Of a DNA stretch of 64,000 nucleotides, positions 26,982-35,495 are shown piece after piece. How positions within the stretch are numbered: the stretch's first letter is position 1; each line of letters opens with the position of its first letter. Origin of the DNA: an uncultured Nitrospirales bacterium (GTDB lineage: Bacteria; Nitrospirota; Nitrospiria; Nitrospirales; NS-4); contig CAYLLY010000002.1 in the NCBI GenBank assembly GCA_964384595.1, positions 16,248 to 80,247 on the forward strand, read 5' to 3'. The notes beneath the pieces are model-generated. The model saw only the letters and a list, made by a program, of their open reading frames with translations, did no database searches and was not told where the DNA came from. The position numbers and the translations under genes were made by a program.

Positions 26982-28265
26982 TCATTTGCATTCCAATGAA
27001 GCAACAGGCTGCGCAAAATAGGCATCGGCATCGAAGGGGTAATGCCGCTTCGACACGCGGAAACGCCCGACATCACGATATTCCGCGACTGTTTTGCAGG
27101 TCTGGGCGTCCTGGAACCAGATCCACAGGGAAAAGACGCCATTCAGCATGACGAGACTGTCGATTTTGATGGTGATCGACTGATGCGGGTAAAGCGCGCG
27201 CGTCTCTATTCTGTTACCAATGAGCATATTTTCTGTATCGATGTGACCGACATACTGGTTTCCCATCATGAATCCGATAAAGGCGTAGAACTCAGCCCCA
27301 GGCGTGCGACGATCGACCTTTATTTCAATCGTCATCGGGCCGCCGGTGAAGAAGATGTTACTTGGCTGTCCCTTTTCGTCCTTGAAAATCACCTCCCTGA
27401 TCGAAATGCTCCCATCCCCATTGACGAGCGCGTAAGCCTCGTTTTTCTGAAGAGCGGCGAGCCGTTCATTTTCGTGAGTAAGATAGAGTTCGCGGTATTT
27501 GTTAAACACCTCAAGTGGGGTGCCGGAAATGGCGAACTTCCCCTTCATGAGCAATATCGAGCGGTTACACAGTTTCTGGATCTGCGTCATGTTGTGAGAG
27601 ACGAACAAAATCGTCGTGCCGCTTCGACACATCTCGCGGATTCGACGTTCACATTTCTGGACAAACGCCATATCTCCAGTCGCTAGCGCCTCGTCCACAA
27701 TTAGGATATCTGGGTTGATACTCATCGAGATTGAAAACAGCAACCGCGCCCGCATGCCGGCAGAATAGGTGCGGAACGGTTGGTCGATGAAATCTCCGAT
27801 CTCGGCAAATTTGATGATCGATTCCATCTTAGCGGCGATCTCCTGCTTCGACATGCCCAGCAGGAGACCACCGAAATAGATATTCTCCCGACCGGTGAAT
27901 TCGGGGTGCACGCCGGCACCGAGCACGAGCAACGCCGTCAATTTTCCGCGTACCGTGATGGCTCCGGAATCGACCGGTAGAAGCCCGGCGATCATCTTGA
28001 GCAATGTCGATTTCCCCGCACCGTTTGGGCCCACGATCCCGACCACCTCGCCGCGATGCACCGTTAGCGAAACGTCATCGACGGCAAGAAAGTCCTTGTG
28101 GAACTTGCCGCGTTTCCAGAAGAAGAAAAAGTCCTTAAGTGGCCCAGTTATTGCGTTCTGGTAAAGCTTGAAGCGCTTCGAAACATTGTGCACCTCAATG
28201 GCAGGAAGATCCGCAGTAGGCTTGGCGACTTCGACCGACTCTCGGTCAAAAGTGGTCAGTGTCAT
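26982..28265 (-). CDS. wzt: Polysaccharide ABC exporter ATP-binding protein Wzt with C-terminal glycan-binding-type domain
   Basis: 427 aa. Walker A GPNGAGKST, signature YSAGMRARL, Walker B ILIVDEALATGD. A ~175-aa beta-rich C-terminal extension follows (ISIREVIFKDEKGQ..GGPMTIEIKV..LNGVFSLWIWF..FRV). Confidence 0.88.
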   Translation of the reverse strand: MTLTTFDRESVEVAKPTADLPAIEVHNVSKRFKLYQNAITGPLKDFFFFWKRGKFHKDFLAVDDVSLTVHRGEVVGIVGPNGAGKSTLLKMIAGLLPVDSGAITVRGKLTALLVLGAGVHPEFTGRENIYFGGLLLGMSKQEIAAKMESIIKFAEIGDFIDQPFRTYSAGMRARLLFSISMSINPDILIVDEALATGDMAFVQKCERRIREMCRSGTTILFVSHNMTQIQKLCNRSILLMKGKFAISGTPLEVFNKYRELYLTHENERLAALQKNEAYALVNGDGSISIREVIFKDEKGQPSNIFFTGGPMTIEIKVDRRTPGAEFYAFIGFMMGNQYVGHIDTENMLIGNRIETRALYPHQSITIKIDSLVMLNGVFSLWIWFQDAQTCKTVAEYRDVGRFRVSKRHYPFDADAYFAQPVASLECK

Positions 28266-28897
28266 GTCGGGTACCGATAGAGGCCAACTTGCTGACCGGA
28301 TGGATGCGCGATATCCAGCTTCTCGAAAATAGCACCATGCCGCTTGCCGAGTTCGGAGAAGAAATCCGGATCGGTCATTGCAAAGCGGCGCATCGGCTGC
28401 ACCGCGCTGTAAAGGAGACCTTGCGTCCGGGGAGCCCCGATCAGATAGGTGAAGAGAAAAATGGAGTCGGGTTTCATCACTCGGCGAATCGCTGCCATGC
28501 AGCGATCACATTCAGCGCCCGATAAATGCGTGAAGACCGACTGTGCGTTGGCGTAATCAAACCTGGTATTGAACTGGTCAACGGCGAAATCTCCCGAGAC
28601 CAGCAGCGAGAATGTTTTCTTGATGCCGGTCCTGATCGCAAGCTCCCGAGCGACGCTGATGTAGGGCGGAAAGGCATCGATACCGAAATAATTTCCGTTG
28701 TCGAGATATTCGACCGCGCTTAAACCCAAGCGCATGGCGCCGCATCCGACATCAAGCAAGCGGTGGTGTGGTTGCAATCCCACTTTGCGCAAGGCATCGA
28801 GCTGCCAATCTCCGTAATCGTCCCAAAGCGAGAAGTATTCGTCCGGTGCGAGGTTGAACTCGACAGCAACATCTACTAGAAGGCGCAAATCCATCAT
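28262..28897 (-). CDS. Class I SAM-dependent methyltransferase
   Basis: 211 aa. LLDVGCGAMR motif I, QSVFTHL, VMKPDSIFLFTY. ATGA overlaps at both ends. Confidence 0.8.
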   Translation of the reverse strand: MMDLRLLVDVAVEFNLAPDEYFSLWDDYGDWQLDALRKVGLQPHHRLLDVGCGAMRLGLSAVEYLDNGNYFGIDAFPPYISVARELAIRTGIKKTFSLLVSGDFAVDQFNTRFDYANAQSVFTHLSGAECDRCMAAIRRVMKPDSIFLFTYLIGAPRTQGLLYSAVQPMRRFAMTDPDFFSELGKRHGAIFEKLDIAHPSGQQVGLYRYPT

Positions 28898-29859
28898 GGT
28901 TCCATCAAGCGACGGGCGAAAGCTTTGCCTCGTCGAAGGAGCGCACCCGGCGCCCGACGCGCCAGCGATTTCCCGACATCCACCAAAGCTTTGCCTCGTC
29001 GAAGGAGCGCACCCGGCGCCCGGCGCGCCAGCGATTTCCCGAAATCCACCAAGGAAGCGAGCGTGATACTGTCTTCAATCTGAGCGGGAAGAATGTCTTC
29101 GGGTGGATAGATTATCCTCATGAAGCCGAGTTGGTCTGAATTAGACTGCACCTGTGCAACGCTGTGCAGGTTGTTATATTTCCAGATCACTAAATCGCCT
29201 GGAGCCACAGACACATCGGTGCCAAATACGACAAAGCTGCCGTCATTGCATTCCAAACGGAAACCAATGCCGTTGTAGTCAACACCTTTCTCGCTGAGAA
29301 ATAATGTCGCTTGCAGACGCGAAGGGTCGAACTGATTCTTTTCCATGCGGCGTTCATACTCTGCATAGTCGCGATGAGCTGTTATCTCAAACGTGGGATT
29401 GCGCGAGATGATGAGACGGTAGCTTACTGCCTTCGCCCCGCCAGGAAGCATCTCAGCAAAGGCATTACGTCCGGAGATCCTGTTCCGCAGCATGTGAACC
29501 GATATAGATGCTTCCTGCGTAACTTCATCCAGCGGCGGGTTCCACAGAAAATTGTAAAATACGCGACTGCCATCAGGGTATTCATAGGAGAAATTCTGGC
29601 ATCCGACCCTAAACTGCTCTTTGCTGCGGAATCCCTGATGCGCGAACTTGGGATCGACGCTTGTCCACATTTCCCGGATATGGGTCACTGCCTCGGGAGT
29701 TAGAAAGTTCCGGAAAATAAAATAACCGTCCCCAGTCGAATGGTAGATTTTCATGCGGATTTCGTGCAGTTGCGCATCAGGAATGCAAAGGCTCGTCGCG
29801 GTAAAGATCGGTGTCTCGGCTGCTATTAGCGATCGTTCAATTGATTTAGATATACTCAT
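28894..29859 (-). CDS. Putative 2OG/Fe(II)-oxygenase-like (cupin-type) protein with duplicated basic C-terminal tail
   Basis: 321 aa. Candidate facial triad H-R-D in EITAHRDYAEY plus a distal His in YNNLHSV. The tail ..VDFGKSLARRAPGALLRRGKA is repeated twice. The family call is tentative. Confidence 0.45.
   Translation of the reverse strand: MSISKSIERSLIAAETPIFTATSLCIPDAQLHEIRMKIYHSTGDGYFIFRNFLTPEAVTHIREMWTSVDPKFAHQGFRSKEQFRVGCQNFSYEYPDGSRVFYNFLWNPPLDEVTQEASISVHMLRNRISGRNAFAEMLPGGAKAVSYRLIISRNPTFEITAHRDYAEYERRMEKNQFDPSRLQATLFLSEKGVDYNGIGFRLECNDGSFVVFGTDVSVAPGDLVIWKYNNLHSVAQVQSNSDQLGFMRIIYPPEDILPAQIEDSITLASLVDFGKSLARRAPGALLRRGKALVDVGKSLARRAPGALLRRGKAFARRLMEP
28919..29050. repeat. Perfectly adjacent 66-bp tandem duplication (2 copies, 2 mismatches)
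   Basis: 28919-28984 and 28985-29050 both read aaagctttgcctcgtcgaaggagcgcacccggcgcccg(a/g)cgcgccagcgatttcccga(c/a)atccacc. The duplication is in frame (22 codons) within the 3' end of 28894..29859 and is GC-rich relative to its surroundings. Confidence 0.95.
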
Positions 29860-30646
29860 TGATCAATACCTTTGTGCGGTTGACGACCCAGGCGCCCGTG
29901 ACAAGAGCAGCGCTTGTAATGCTCACGAAAATCAACCAACTGATGGGATGAAAGGTACCTAGGAGCACATCGCGAAACGCGATGACCACATGCGCCAGAG
30001 GGTTCAACAAGATGAATTGCCAGAACCGTTCGCCGACCATTTGCTCGGACAACAATACAGGCGAGAAATAGATCATTAGACCCAGCAGCACCGAGACGAT
30101 CTCACGCAGATCCTTGAGTAGCACACCAGCGATCATCAGTATCCAGGACAGTCCGAACATCAGCCCCGCAAGCAGTAGTAGGGGCAGCGGTATTAGAATA
30201 ATACTCCAGGCCAAATGACCGGTCACTGAAGCAAGCAGCAGATAAACGACAAGTACGATCGCAGGACTGAGTGCACTTGCCAGCAACGCCGTCAACGGCA
30301 AGGTTTCGATGGGATAGATGACCTGCTTCAAGGTCTCCATTCGGTCTCGCACCAGGGACGGTGCTTCCTCAAGAGCTCGCTGCAGTATCTGCCAGGCAAC
30401 GATGCCAGAGAGTACATAAAGAGCATAGTCGAACGCTCCAGCATTCGGCGCCAAGCGCGCACCAAAAACGTAGGATACAATGACAACGTAGGCAACAACC
30501 TGCACAAATGGTCTGAACAGCAGCCAGCCCAAGCCGAGGATCGCTCCTTTATTGGCCACCTTGAGTTCGCGCGCCGCCATAGCACGAGCAAATGGCCAGT
30601 TGTTCACAAGCGACGAAAAGACGCGGCCTGCCGCTCCCGCAGTCAT
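29846..30646 (-). CDS. wzm: Polysaccharide ABC exporter permease Wzm (ABC-2 type)
   Basis: 266 aa with ~6 TM helices. N-terminal ARELKVANKGAILGLGWLLFRPF is typical of Wzm/TagG/KpsM. Confidence 0.85.
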   Translation of the reverse strand: MTAGAAGRVFSSLVNNWPFARAMAARELKVANKGAILGLGWLLFRPFVQVVAYVVIVSYVFGARLAPNAGAFDYALYVLSGIVAWQILQRALEEAPSLVRDRMETLKQVIYPIETLPLTALLASALSPAIVLVVYLLLASVTGHLAWSIILIPLPLLLLAGLMFGLSWILMIAGVLLKDLREIVSVLLGLMIYFSPVLLSEQMVGERFWQFILLNPLAHVVIAFRDVLLGTFHPISWLIFVSITSAALVTGAWVVNRTKVLINEYI

Positions 30647-32256
30647 GGCGCACTCACTTCATCAACCGCAATTGGAGCAGGCTGGGCAACCGCTGGCACA
30701 GCGTAGGCAACGTAATAGTCCGATTCCGCGACTTTCCGAAGCTGCGTGTAGTCGTAATCCCAGCCGACGATATTACGCAGTTGTTTGGTTATCACAGTCA
30801 ATCCGATCACATAGGTGACGCCATATTCTTCAAATAAAGGCCACCAATTCTTCTTAAGAAGTGGAACATCTTCAACGAATTTTTCATACAAGGAAGGCGT
30901 AACCGCAGCCCCCTGGTACATCAGCACACGGCAGGCTGGAGCCCGCATCCAGATACTGCCCCCCAGTGTGAAGGGTATCGGAAACACGGTATCTTTATCG
31001 CGGAGCCCCAGTGGGGCGAGAAAAGTTGCCAGTTCATCATGCTTGGGGCAAGGGAAACACTGCCATTGGTAATAAAACCACAACGTGAGCAAGCCAACTG
31101 AACAGAAATAGGCCGGTATCAGCAGATGATTGAGTTCCGGGCTGACTATCTTTACCGCATAAAGAGCGAGGAAGAACGGAACACCCAGGGCCAAGTTGAA
31201 TTCGATGTAACGCGCTGCCTCACCGAAATGATTGAACAATTTAGTCGAGGTTAGAAGGTAGACGGCAAGCGTCGCCAGCACAATGGCAAACAGAGGCGGT
31301 GCCGCCAGCACAGGCCATATGAGAAAAACGCTGACAAATAAAATGATATTGGGATGTTGCAGGAGTAAGCGAGTCGGCTCACCGGTCGCTAGTTCGTTGA
31401 GGCGAGCTTGCAGAGCGATGCCGCGCCCGAAGACACGCCGCCAATTCACGAATCGGCTGAGCGCCGGTTGAATGAAGGCGCTTCGCTTGGTATGGCGATT
31501 GTAGGCTTGGGCTAATGTTACCATGTGCCGCAGGCCCCGTAGAAAATATCCGCGATCGAGCAGCAGCGCGCCGACAAAGGCCGCAGCCAAGACTAGCAAA
31601 GGCGTCCCGTCGAACAAGAACAGGGCAACAAGCGGTGTAGTGAAAGTAACCGTTTGACGACCGAAGATCGAAGAGATGCCCACAAGCGCGCCGACGAACA
31701 CTGCCAAGGCCAGGGACAATTTGTCGCCGAAGCCGACCCCAACGGCCAGCAACAAAAAGAACCAGCTGCAGCTCAATTGCGCAAGCAGGCGCTCTGACAG
31801 CGAAATATAGAGGATCGCATTTGCGTTGAAGACCAAATTTGAAACCGAGACAAGATAAAAGGCTGCAGCCCACACCACGAGATTGTGTTCTTGAGTCAGA
31901 AGAAGATTCTTTTCGATATAATGCACGTACATAACAAAACCGGCAAACGACACCGCAAAGATACCGAGGCTGGGCAGATACTGATACCTTTTGATCCAGT
32001 CCAGCGGCAATAGCGAAGCCAGGCGGTGAAATGCGATGGGATAACTGTCTGGTTCCTCTTGCATGAGGAAGGCCGGCACTCCTGAATACCGTCCGTTTTG
32101 TTTGAGGGTGTGGATGACGGCATAATGCAGCGCTGAATCCCACACGATGCCCTGCCTGAACCATTTGCGATAAATGAAAATAATGCACCCACGGACCAGT
32201 AGAGATGCCACTGCTGCATAAATGGCGAGGCTTCCGTACTCAATAACTGAATCCAT
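30643..32256 (-). CDS. Large polytopic membrane protein of unknown family (about 12 TM) with a ~120-aa soluble C-terminal domain
   Basis: 537-aa ORF. Hydrophobic throughout until ..FPCPKHDELATFLAPLGLRDKDTVFPIPFT..KNWWPLFEEYGVTYVIGL. Its stop forms an ATGA overlap with the wzm start. Confidence 0.6.
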   Translation of the reverse strand: MDSVIEYGSLAIYAAVASLLVRGCIIFIYRKWFRQGIVWDSALHYAVIHTLKQNGRYSGVPAFLMQEEPDSYPIAFHRLASLLPLDWIKRYQYLPSLGIFAVSFAGFVMYVHYIEKNLLLTQEHNLVVWAAAFYLVSVSNLVFNANAILYISLSERLLAQLSCSWFFLLLAVGVGFGDKLSLALAVFVGALVGISSIFGRQTVTFTTPLVALFLFDGTPLLVLAAAFVGALLLDRGYFLRGLRHMVTLAQAYNRHTKRSAFIQPALSRFVNWRRVFGRGIALQARLNELATGEPTRLLLQHPNIILFVSVFLIWPVLAAPPLFAIVLATLAVYLLTSTKLFNHFGEAARYIEFNLALGVPFFLALYAVKIVSPELNHLLIPAYFCSVGLLTLWFYYQWQCFPCPKHDELATFLAPLGLRDKDTVFPIPFTLGGSIWMRAPACRVLMYQGAAVTPSLYEKFVEDVPLLKKNWWPLFEEYGVTYVIGLTVITKQLRNIVGWDYDYTQLRKVAESDYYVAYAVPAVAQPAPIAVDEVSAP

Positions 32257-32364
32257 GCCCTGTCTTCGATTGGATCGACTGTGCAGCTTGCCTCAGGCAA
32301 ATCTGCGTAGCTTGACTTCGTGAAAGAAAGCAGGATCTAGAAACCTGGTGCGAAGAGCTGGATT

Positions 32365-33465
32365 TCAACCCCCACGATGGCTTGGTGCATGCATCAGAAA
32401 GTCGGTTAGCTTGACGCGGCTATAGGCAAAATGTCCGTCGGCATTTCTCTCCCAAACGTTGGTGTAAGCATCCCATAGATCGCAACGTTGACAAACTGGG
32501 TAGTCATCGAGCTCAAGCTTGCGGTGAGCTTCGCGAAACTTGCGGAAAGCCGCGGATTGCCAAATCACATCGAGCGGTTGTTCGTTGATGTTGCCGATGA
32601 TTTCGTCCTTAGTTTCTTTGTGCCAATGGTATATGTAGCACGGCATCACATCACCGTTCGAGCGGATTGCAGTCGAGTACCAAGGCTGGATACAGGGATA
32701 CCGATTCTCGTTTTTCGTCTTTTCGTGCAGCGGCGTCATGCCATCGATCTCGCGCCCGAGATTGTAAAGAGGTCGCACAAAGGCATAGTCAACGTACTGA
32801 GACCAGTGTTCCAGAAATGCCTCGAGCGTGTACTTGCTCTCCTTGGACTCCATCATAAAGGTCTGGATGTAAGGTTTATCCGACTTCAGTTCCTGCCTGA
32901 TCTGCCACGCGCGCCGGATGTTTTCACAAATTCGATCGAAAGACTTAGCCCCAGTTATCATCTCGTGATCCTTGGCGTTCTGAGCGAACAGGCTGATCTG
33001 GAGGTTGTCTAGGCCACTGTCGACAAGCGCACGAAATATTTCCTCAGTCAACATCAGTCCGTTGGTGGAAATAACCGAATTCACCAAAGGACGCTGCTGC
33101 TTCATGTATTTGACGAATTCAGGCAAGGATTTGAACAGTAGCGTCTCGCCAATCGCCGAAATGTCAAAGCTGTAATAGGAATCGTTGGGAATACAGGCAA
33201 CGATGTTCTTCAGAGTCTCGAAGCTCATCTCTGAGCCCTGTCTGTACATGTCCCGCACTTCCGTTTCGGCATACGGACACATTTTGCATGCGAACATGCA
33301 TGTCTCTTCATTAAAGGAAATATTGATTACTCGAGGTAGCCACTCGTTGTAAAGGAAGAGCTTTTGTCCAGCCATCGTCTGCCTCAGGAAGTTCGCTGCA
33401 AATCCCTTCAACGATCGTGTGGACACCAACTTCTCGAACACACTCGTTTCCTTAACGTGGCTCAT
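32365..33465 (-). CDS. Radical SAM enzyme with twitch/SPASM-type auxiliary Cys motif
   Basis: 366 aa. CX3CX2C reads CMFACKMC (..EETCMFACKMCPY). C-terminal CIQPWYSTAIRSNGDVMPC fits CX12GX4C, followed by a CQRC pair. Confidence 0.85.
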   Translation of the reverse strand: MSHVKETSVFEKLVSTRSLKGFAANFLRQTMAGQKLFLYNEWLPRVINISFNEETCMFACKMCPYAETEVRDMYRQGSEMSFETLKNIVACIPNDSYYSFDISAIGETLLFKSLPEFVKYMKQQRPLVNSVISTNGLMLTEEIFRALVDSGLDNLQISLFAQNAKDHEMITGAKSFDRICENIRRAWQIRQELKSDKPYIQTFMMESKESKYTLEAFLEHWSQYVDYAFVRPLYNLGREIDGMTPLHEKTKNENRYPCIQPWYSTAIRSNGDVMPCYIYHWHKETKDEIIGNINEQPLDVIWQSAAFRKFREAHRKLELDDYPVCQRCDLWDAYTNVWERNADGHFAYSRVKLTDFLMHAPSHRGG

Positions 33466-33546
33466 TTAAAACCCTTTCTATCCAACAAGGACTTATTCTC
33501 TTTGTTCTCCCAGAAGACCCGGACTGGAGACAGTGTTCAAGAACTT

Positions 33547-34401
33547 TCACCCTCGCTTGGCGATGATTTCGTAGACACCGGTTTCTCCCTCGTATTCACC
33601 CTGAAAGAATGGAGGAGTGGTCATCCCACTAATTTCTTCACGGCCCAACATTCCCTCAGCTGCACACCGAATGTCTCGGAAACCCAGATCCCTCAGCGCG
33701 CTCTCAAGCCCTGCGGGCTCGATAAGCACATCCAGGCCTTCTTCTGCAGGATATCCAGCATTATATAACCACGTATTATGTAGAACTTTTCCGGCTCTAC
33801 ATTTGGGGTCGTAGCCCTCCACCTTGTTGTACTCTGAAGACCAGAGATGCTTGTACCACCCAAGTCCATTCGCATTCAAATAAAGAATACCCCCGGGGCG
33901 CAGTACACGAGTAAGTTCCGCCAAGCTTTCCCGCCATCGTGTTAGGAAGATAACACCGTAACAAAATGCCGCATCAAACCTACCGTCACCGAATGGCAGG
34001 GCTTCAATGCGCGCCCAGCGTATGTCCATGTTTGCCAGTCCTAACACGCGAGCCAGGGTCCGCAAAAAATGCAGCCGGTCGCCGGCGGTATCCACTGCGG
34101 TGACATGACCGTTTGCTTCTGCCAACGCCAGCGACCACTGCCCAAAACCGCAGCCTGCATCAAGGACTCTTGTATGGCCGATGAAACCATATTGCTTGAG
34201 CCGCGCGGCGTACTTATTCGTGTCGTCTGTGTAAACGCGCTCAAGGAATGACGCCGAATTCTGATCAAGAAGCGGCCTTGCTTCCTCGATCACTGAAGCA
34301 ATGGTCCGCATCCTCAAGGCACTTGGAGTCACAGCAACAACCCCTTTCGATTTTTCTTGATCGGCGACGTCAGGCACCGCGCACCATCTTCTCCCACTCA
34401 A
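33547..34401 (-). CDS. Class I SAM-dependent methyltransferase
   Basis: VLDAGCGFGQWS motif I, FCYGVIFL, VLRPGGILYLN. The start is either TTG 34401 (TTGA overlap) or ATG 34311. Confidence 0.8.
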   Translation of the reverse strand: MSGRRWCAVPDVADQEKSKGVVAVTPSALRMRTIASVIEEARPLLDQNSASFLERVYTDDTNKYAARLKQYGFIGHTRVLDAGCGFGQWSLALAEANGHVTAVDTAGDRLHFLRTLARVLGLANMDIRWARIEALPFGDGRFDAAFCYGVIFLTRWRESLAELTRVLRPGGILYLNANGLGWYKHLWSSEYNKVEGYDPKCRAGKVLHNTWLYNAGYPAEEGLDVLIEPAGLESALRDLGFRDIRCAAEGMLGREEISGMTTPPFFQGEYEGETGVYEIIAKRG

Positions 34402-35495
34402 TCGGCGCGCAGCCGGGAGTACGATGGCGAGTCAGGTGTTGTAGCGAACGCTTGACAGATAGGATGCATCAACGCCTCGGCCTCTGCATCCGTCGCGGCA
34501 AGACCTCGACCTCTGGCTCTCGCAAGCAGTTCTCCGACTTTCAGACCACCTAGGTGTAGATCGATAAGTGGCTGTGGTCCAACATAGGCTGTCGTCACGC
34601 TCATGTATCCGGCTCGCGCGAAATATTGGGGTGCTACCAGGAGGCCAGCTGCGACCAAGTCCGCCTGATCAACCTTTCCAGCGATGTGGATGACCGCCAA
34701 ACCAGGATTCAAGGTTGCGAGCATCCGTCCATCCAGGTGTCCTTTGGGTCCCAACAGAAGACTCCGGTTACGATGCTCCGCCACTATCAAGGCATCGGCC
34801 TCAGCAATTACCGATTCCATCTCCGGTGTATCAAGGCGATCTCCACCGAAGGGATCGATCTGTCGCACGTCCGCAGCAAGTTCCGACAAGGACTGCGTGA
34901 GGGCTAGACCGAAAGCGCCCCCGCCAACGACGACGAGACGACACCGCACGAGCTCTATACCGCACTCGAATAACAAACGCATCGCGACAGGACCCAAATA
35001 AGACATAGTTCCCAACTCAGGTACTCTTTCGTTGGTCCCGAGCACTGGGATTCCAAGCTGCCGGCAGACCGACAGATCAACATCTTCCTCGCGCAATTCC
35101 CAGGTCTCGAACATCAGCGAGACGACAGCGGTGGACTTGAGCCGCCCTAATAACGTAGCATCGAGCGGACGAACGAAGCCCAGATTGGTGACGATGTCGG
35201 CCTCTGAAACGCCGGGGTGGTCGCGTATTGAAATGACTTTGACACGTCCTCCTAAGCCCCAGGCTTCCGCTATCTCCATCGTTTGCGCTTGCGCCTCCTC
35301 AAGCGTACCGTACCAAGACTCGCGAGAGAGTGCATATACACGCCGTGCTCCGGCCAATGCAGCGAGAGAGGCAGTCAGGGCGTAGGGTCCCGTCGCTGCC
35401 TCGGTTAGTACGACGAGATCAGTCAAATCTAAATGCAGTGCCTCGATGCTACGCCGGGCGAGACGCCAGCAACGTTTGACATTCAGGCTATGCAT
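34398..35495 (-). CDS. Two-domain Rossmann/NAD-binding dehydrogenase-like protein, family not recognised
   Basis: Track ORF trimmed to ATG 35495 (MHSLNVKR). RLVVVGGGAFGLAL..DVRQIDP fits a GxGxxG plus acidic beta2 end. I recognise no other family motif. Confidence 0.5.
   Translation of the reverse strand: MHSLNVKRCWRLARRSIEALHLDLTDLVVLTEAATGPYALTASLAALAGARRVYALSRESWYGTLEEAQAQTMEIAEAWGLGGRVKVISIRDHPGVSEADIVTNLGFVRPLDATLLGRLKSTAVVSLMFETWELREEDVDLSVCRQLGIPVLGTNERVPELGTMSYLGPVAMRLLFECGIELVRCRLVVVGGGAFGLALTQSLSELAADVRQIDPFGGDRLDTPEMESVIAEADALIVAEHRNRSLLLGPKGHLDGRMLATLNPGLAVIHIAGKVDQADLVAAGLLVAPQYFARAGYMSVTTAYVGPQPLIDLHLGGLKVGELLARARGRGLAATDAEAEALMHPICQAFATTPDSPSYSRLRAD

Noticed and set aside
28919-29050. 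The 66-bp direct repeat considered as a possible CRISPR or other array.
   Set aside because: There are only two copies and they are directly adjacent with no spacers. They lie in frame inside a CDS, and no cas genes are present.
32296-32308. The short palindrome TTGCC-TCA-GGCAA in the spacer between the radical SAM gene and the membrane protein gene, considered as a terminator.
   Set aside because: The stem is only 5 bp and has no following U-tract. That is too weak to call.
32257-33546. A search for a small precursor-peptide ORF flanking the radical SAM/SPASM gene (RiPP maturase scenario).
   Set aside because: The 108-nt and 81-nt spacers contain no plausible RBS-preceded short ORF on the minus strand. 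The context is uniformly glycan-related. This remains a formal possibility and is mentioned in the finding.
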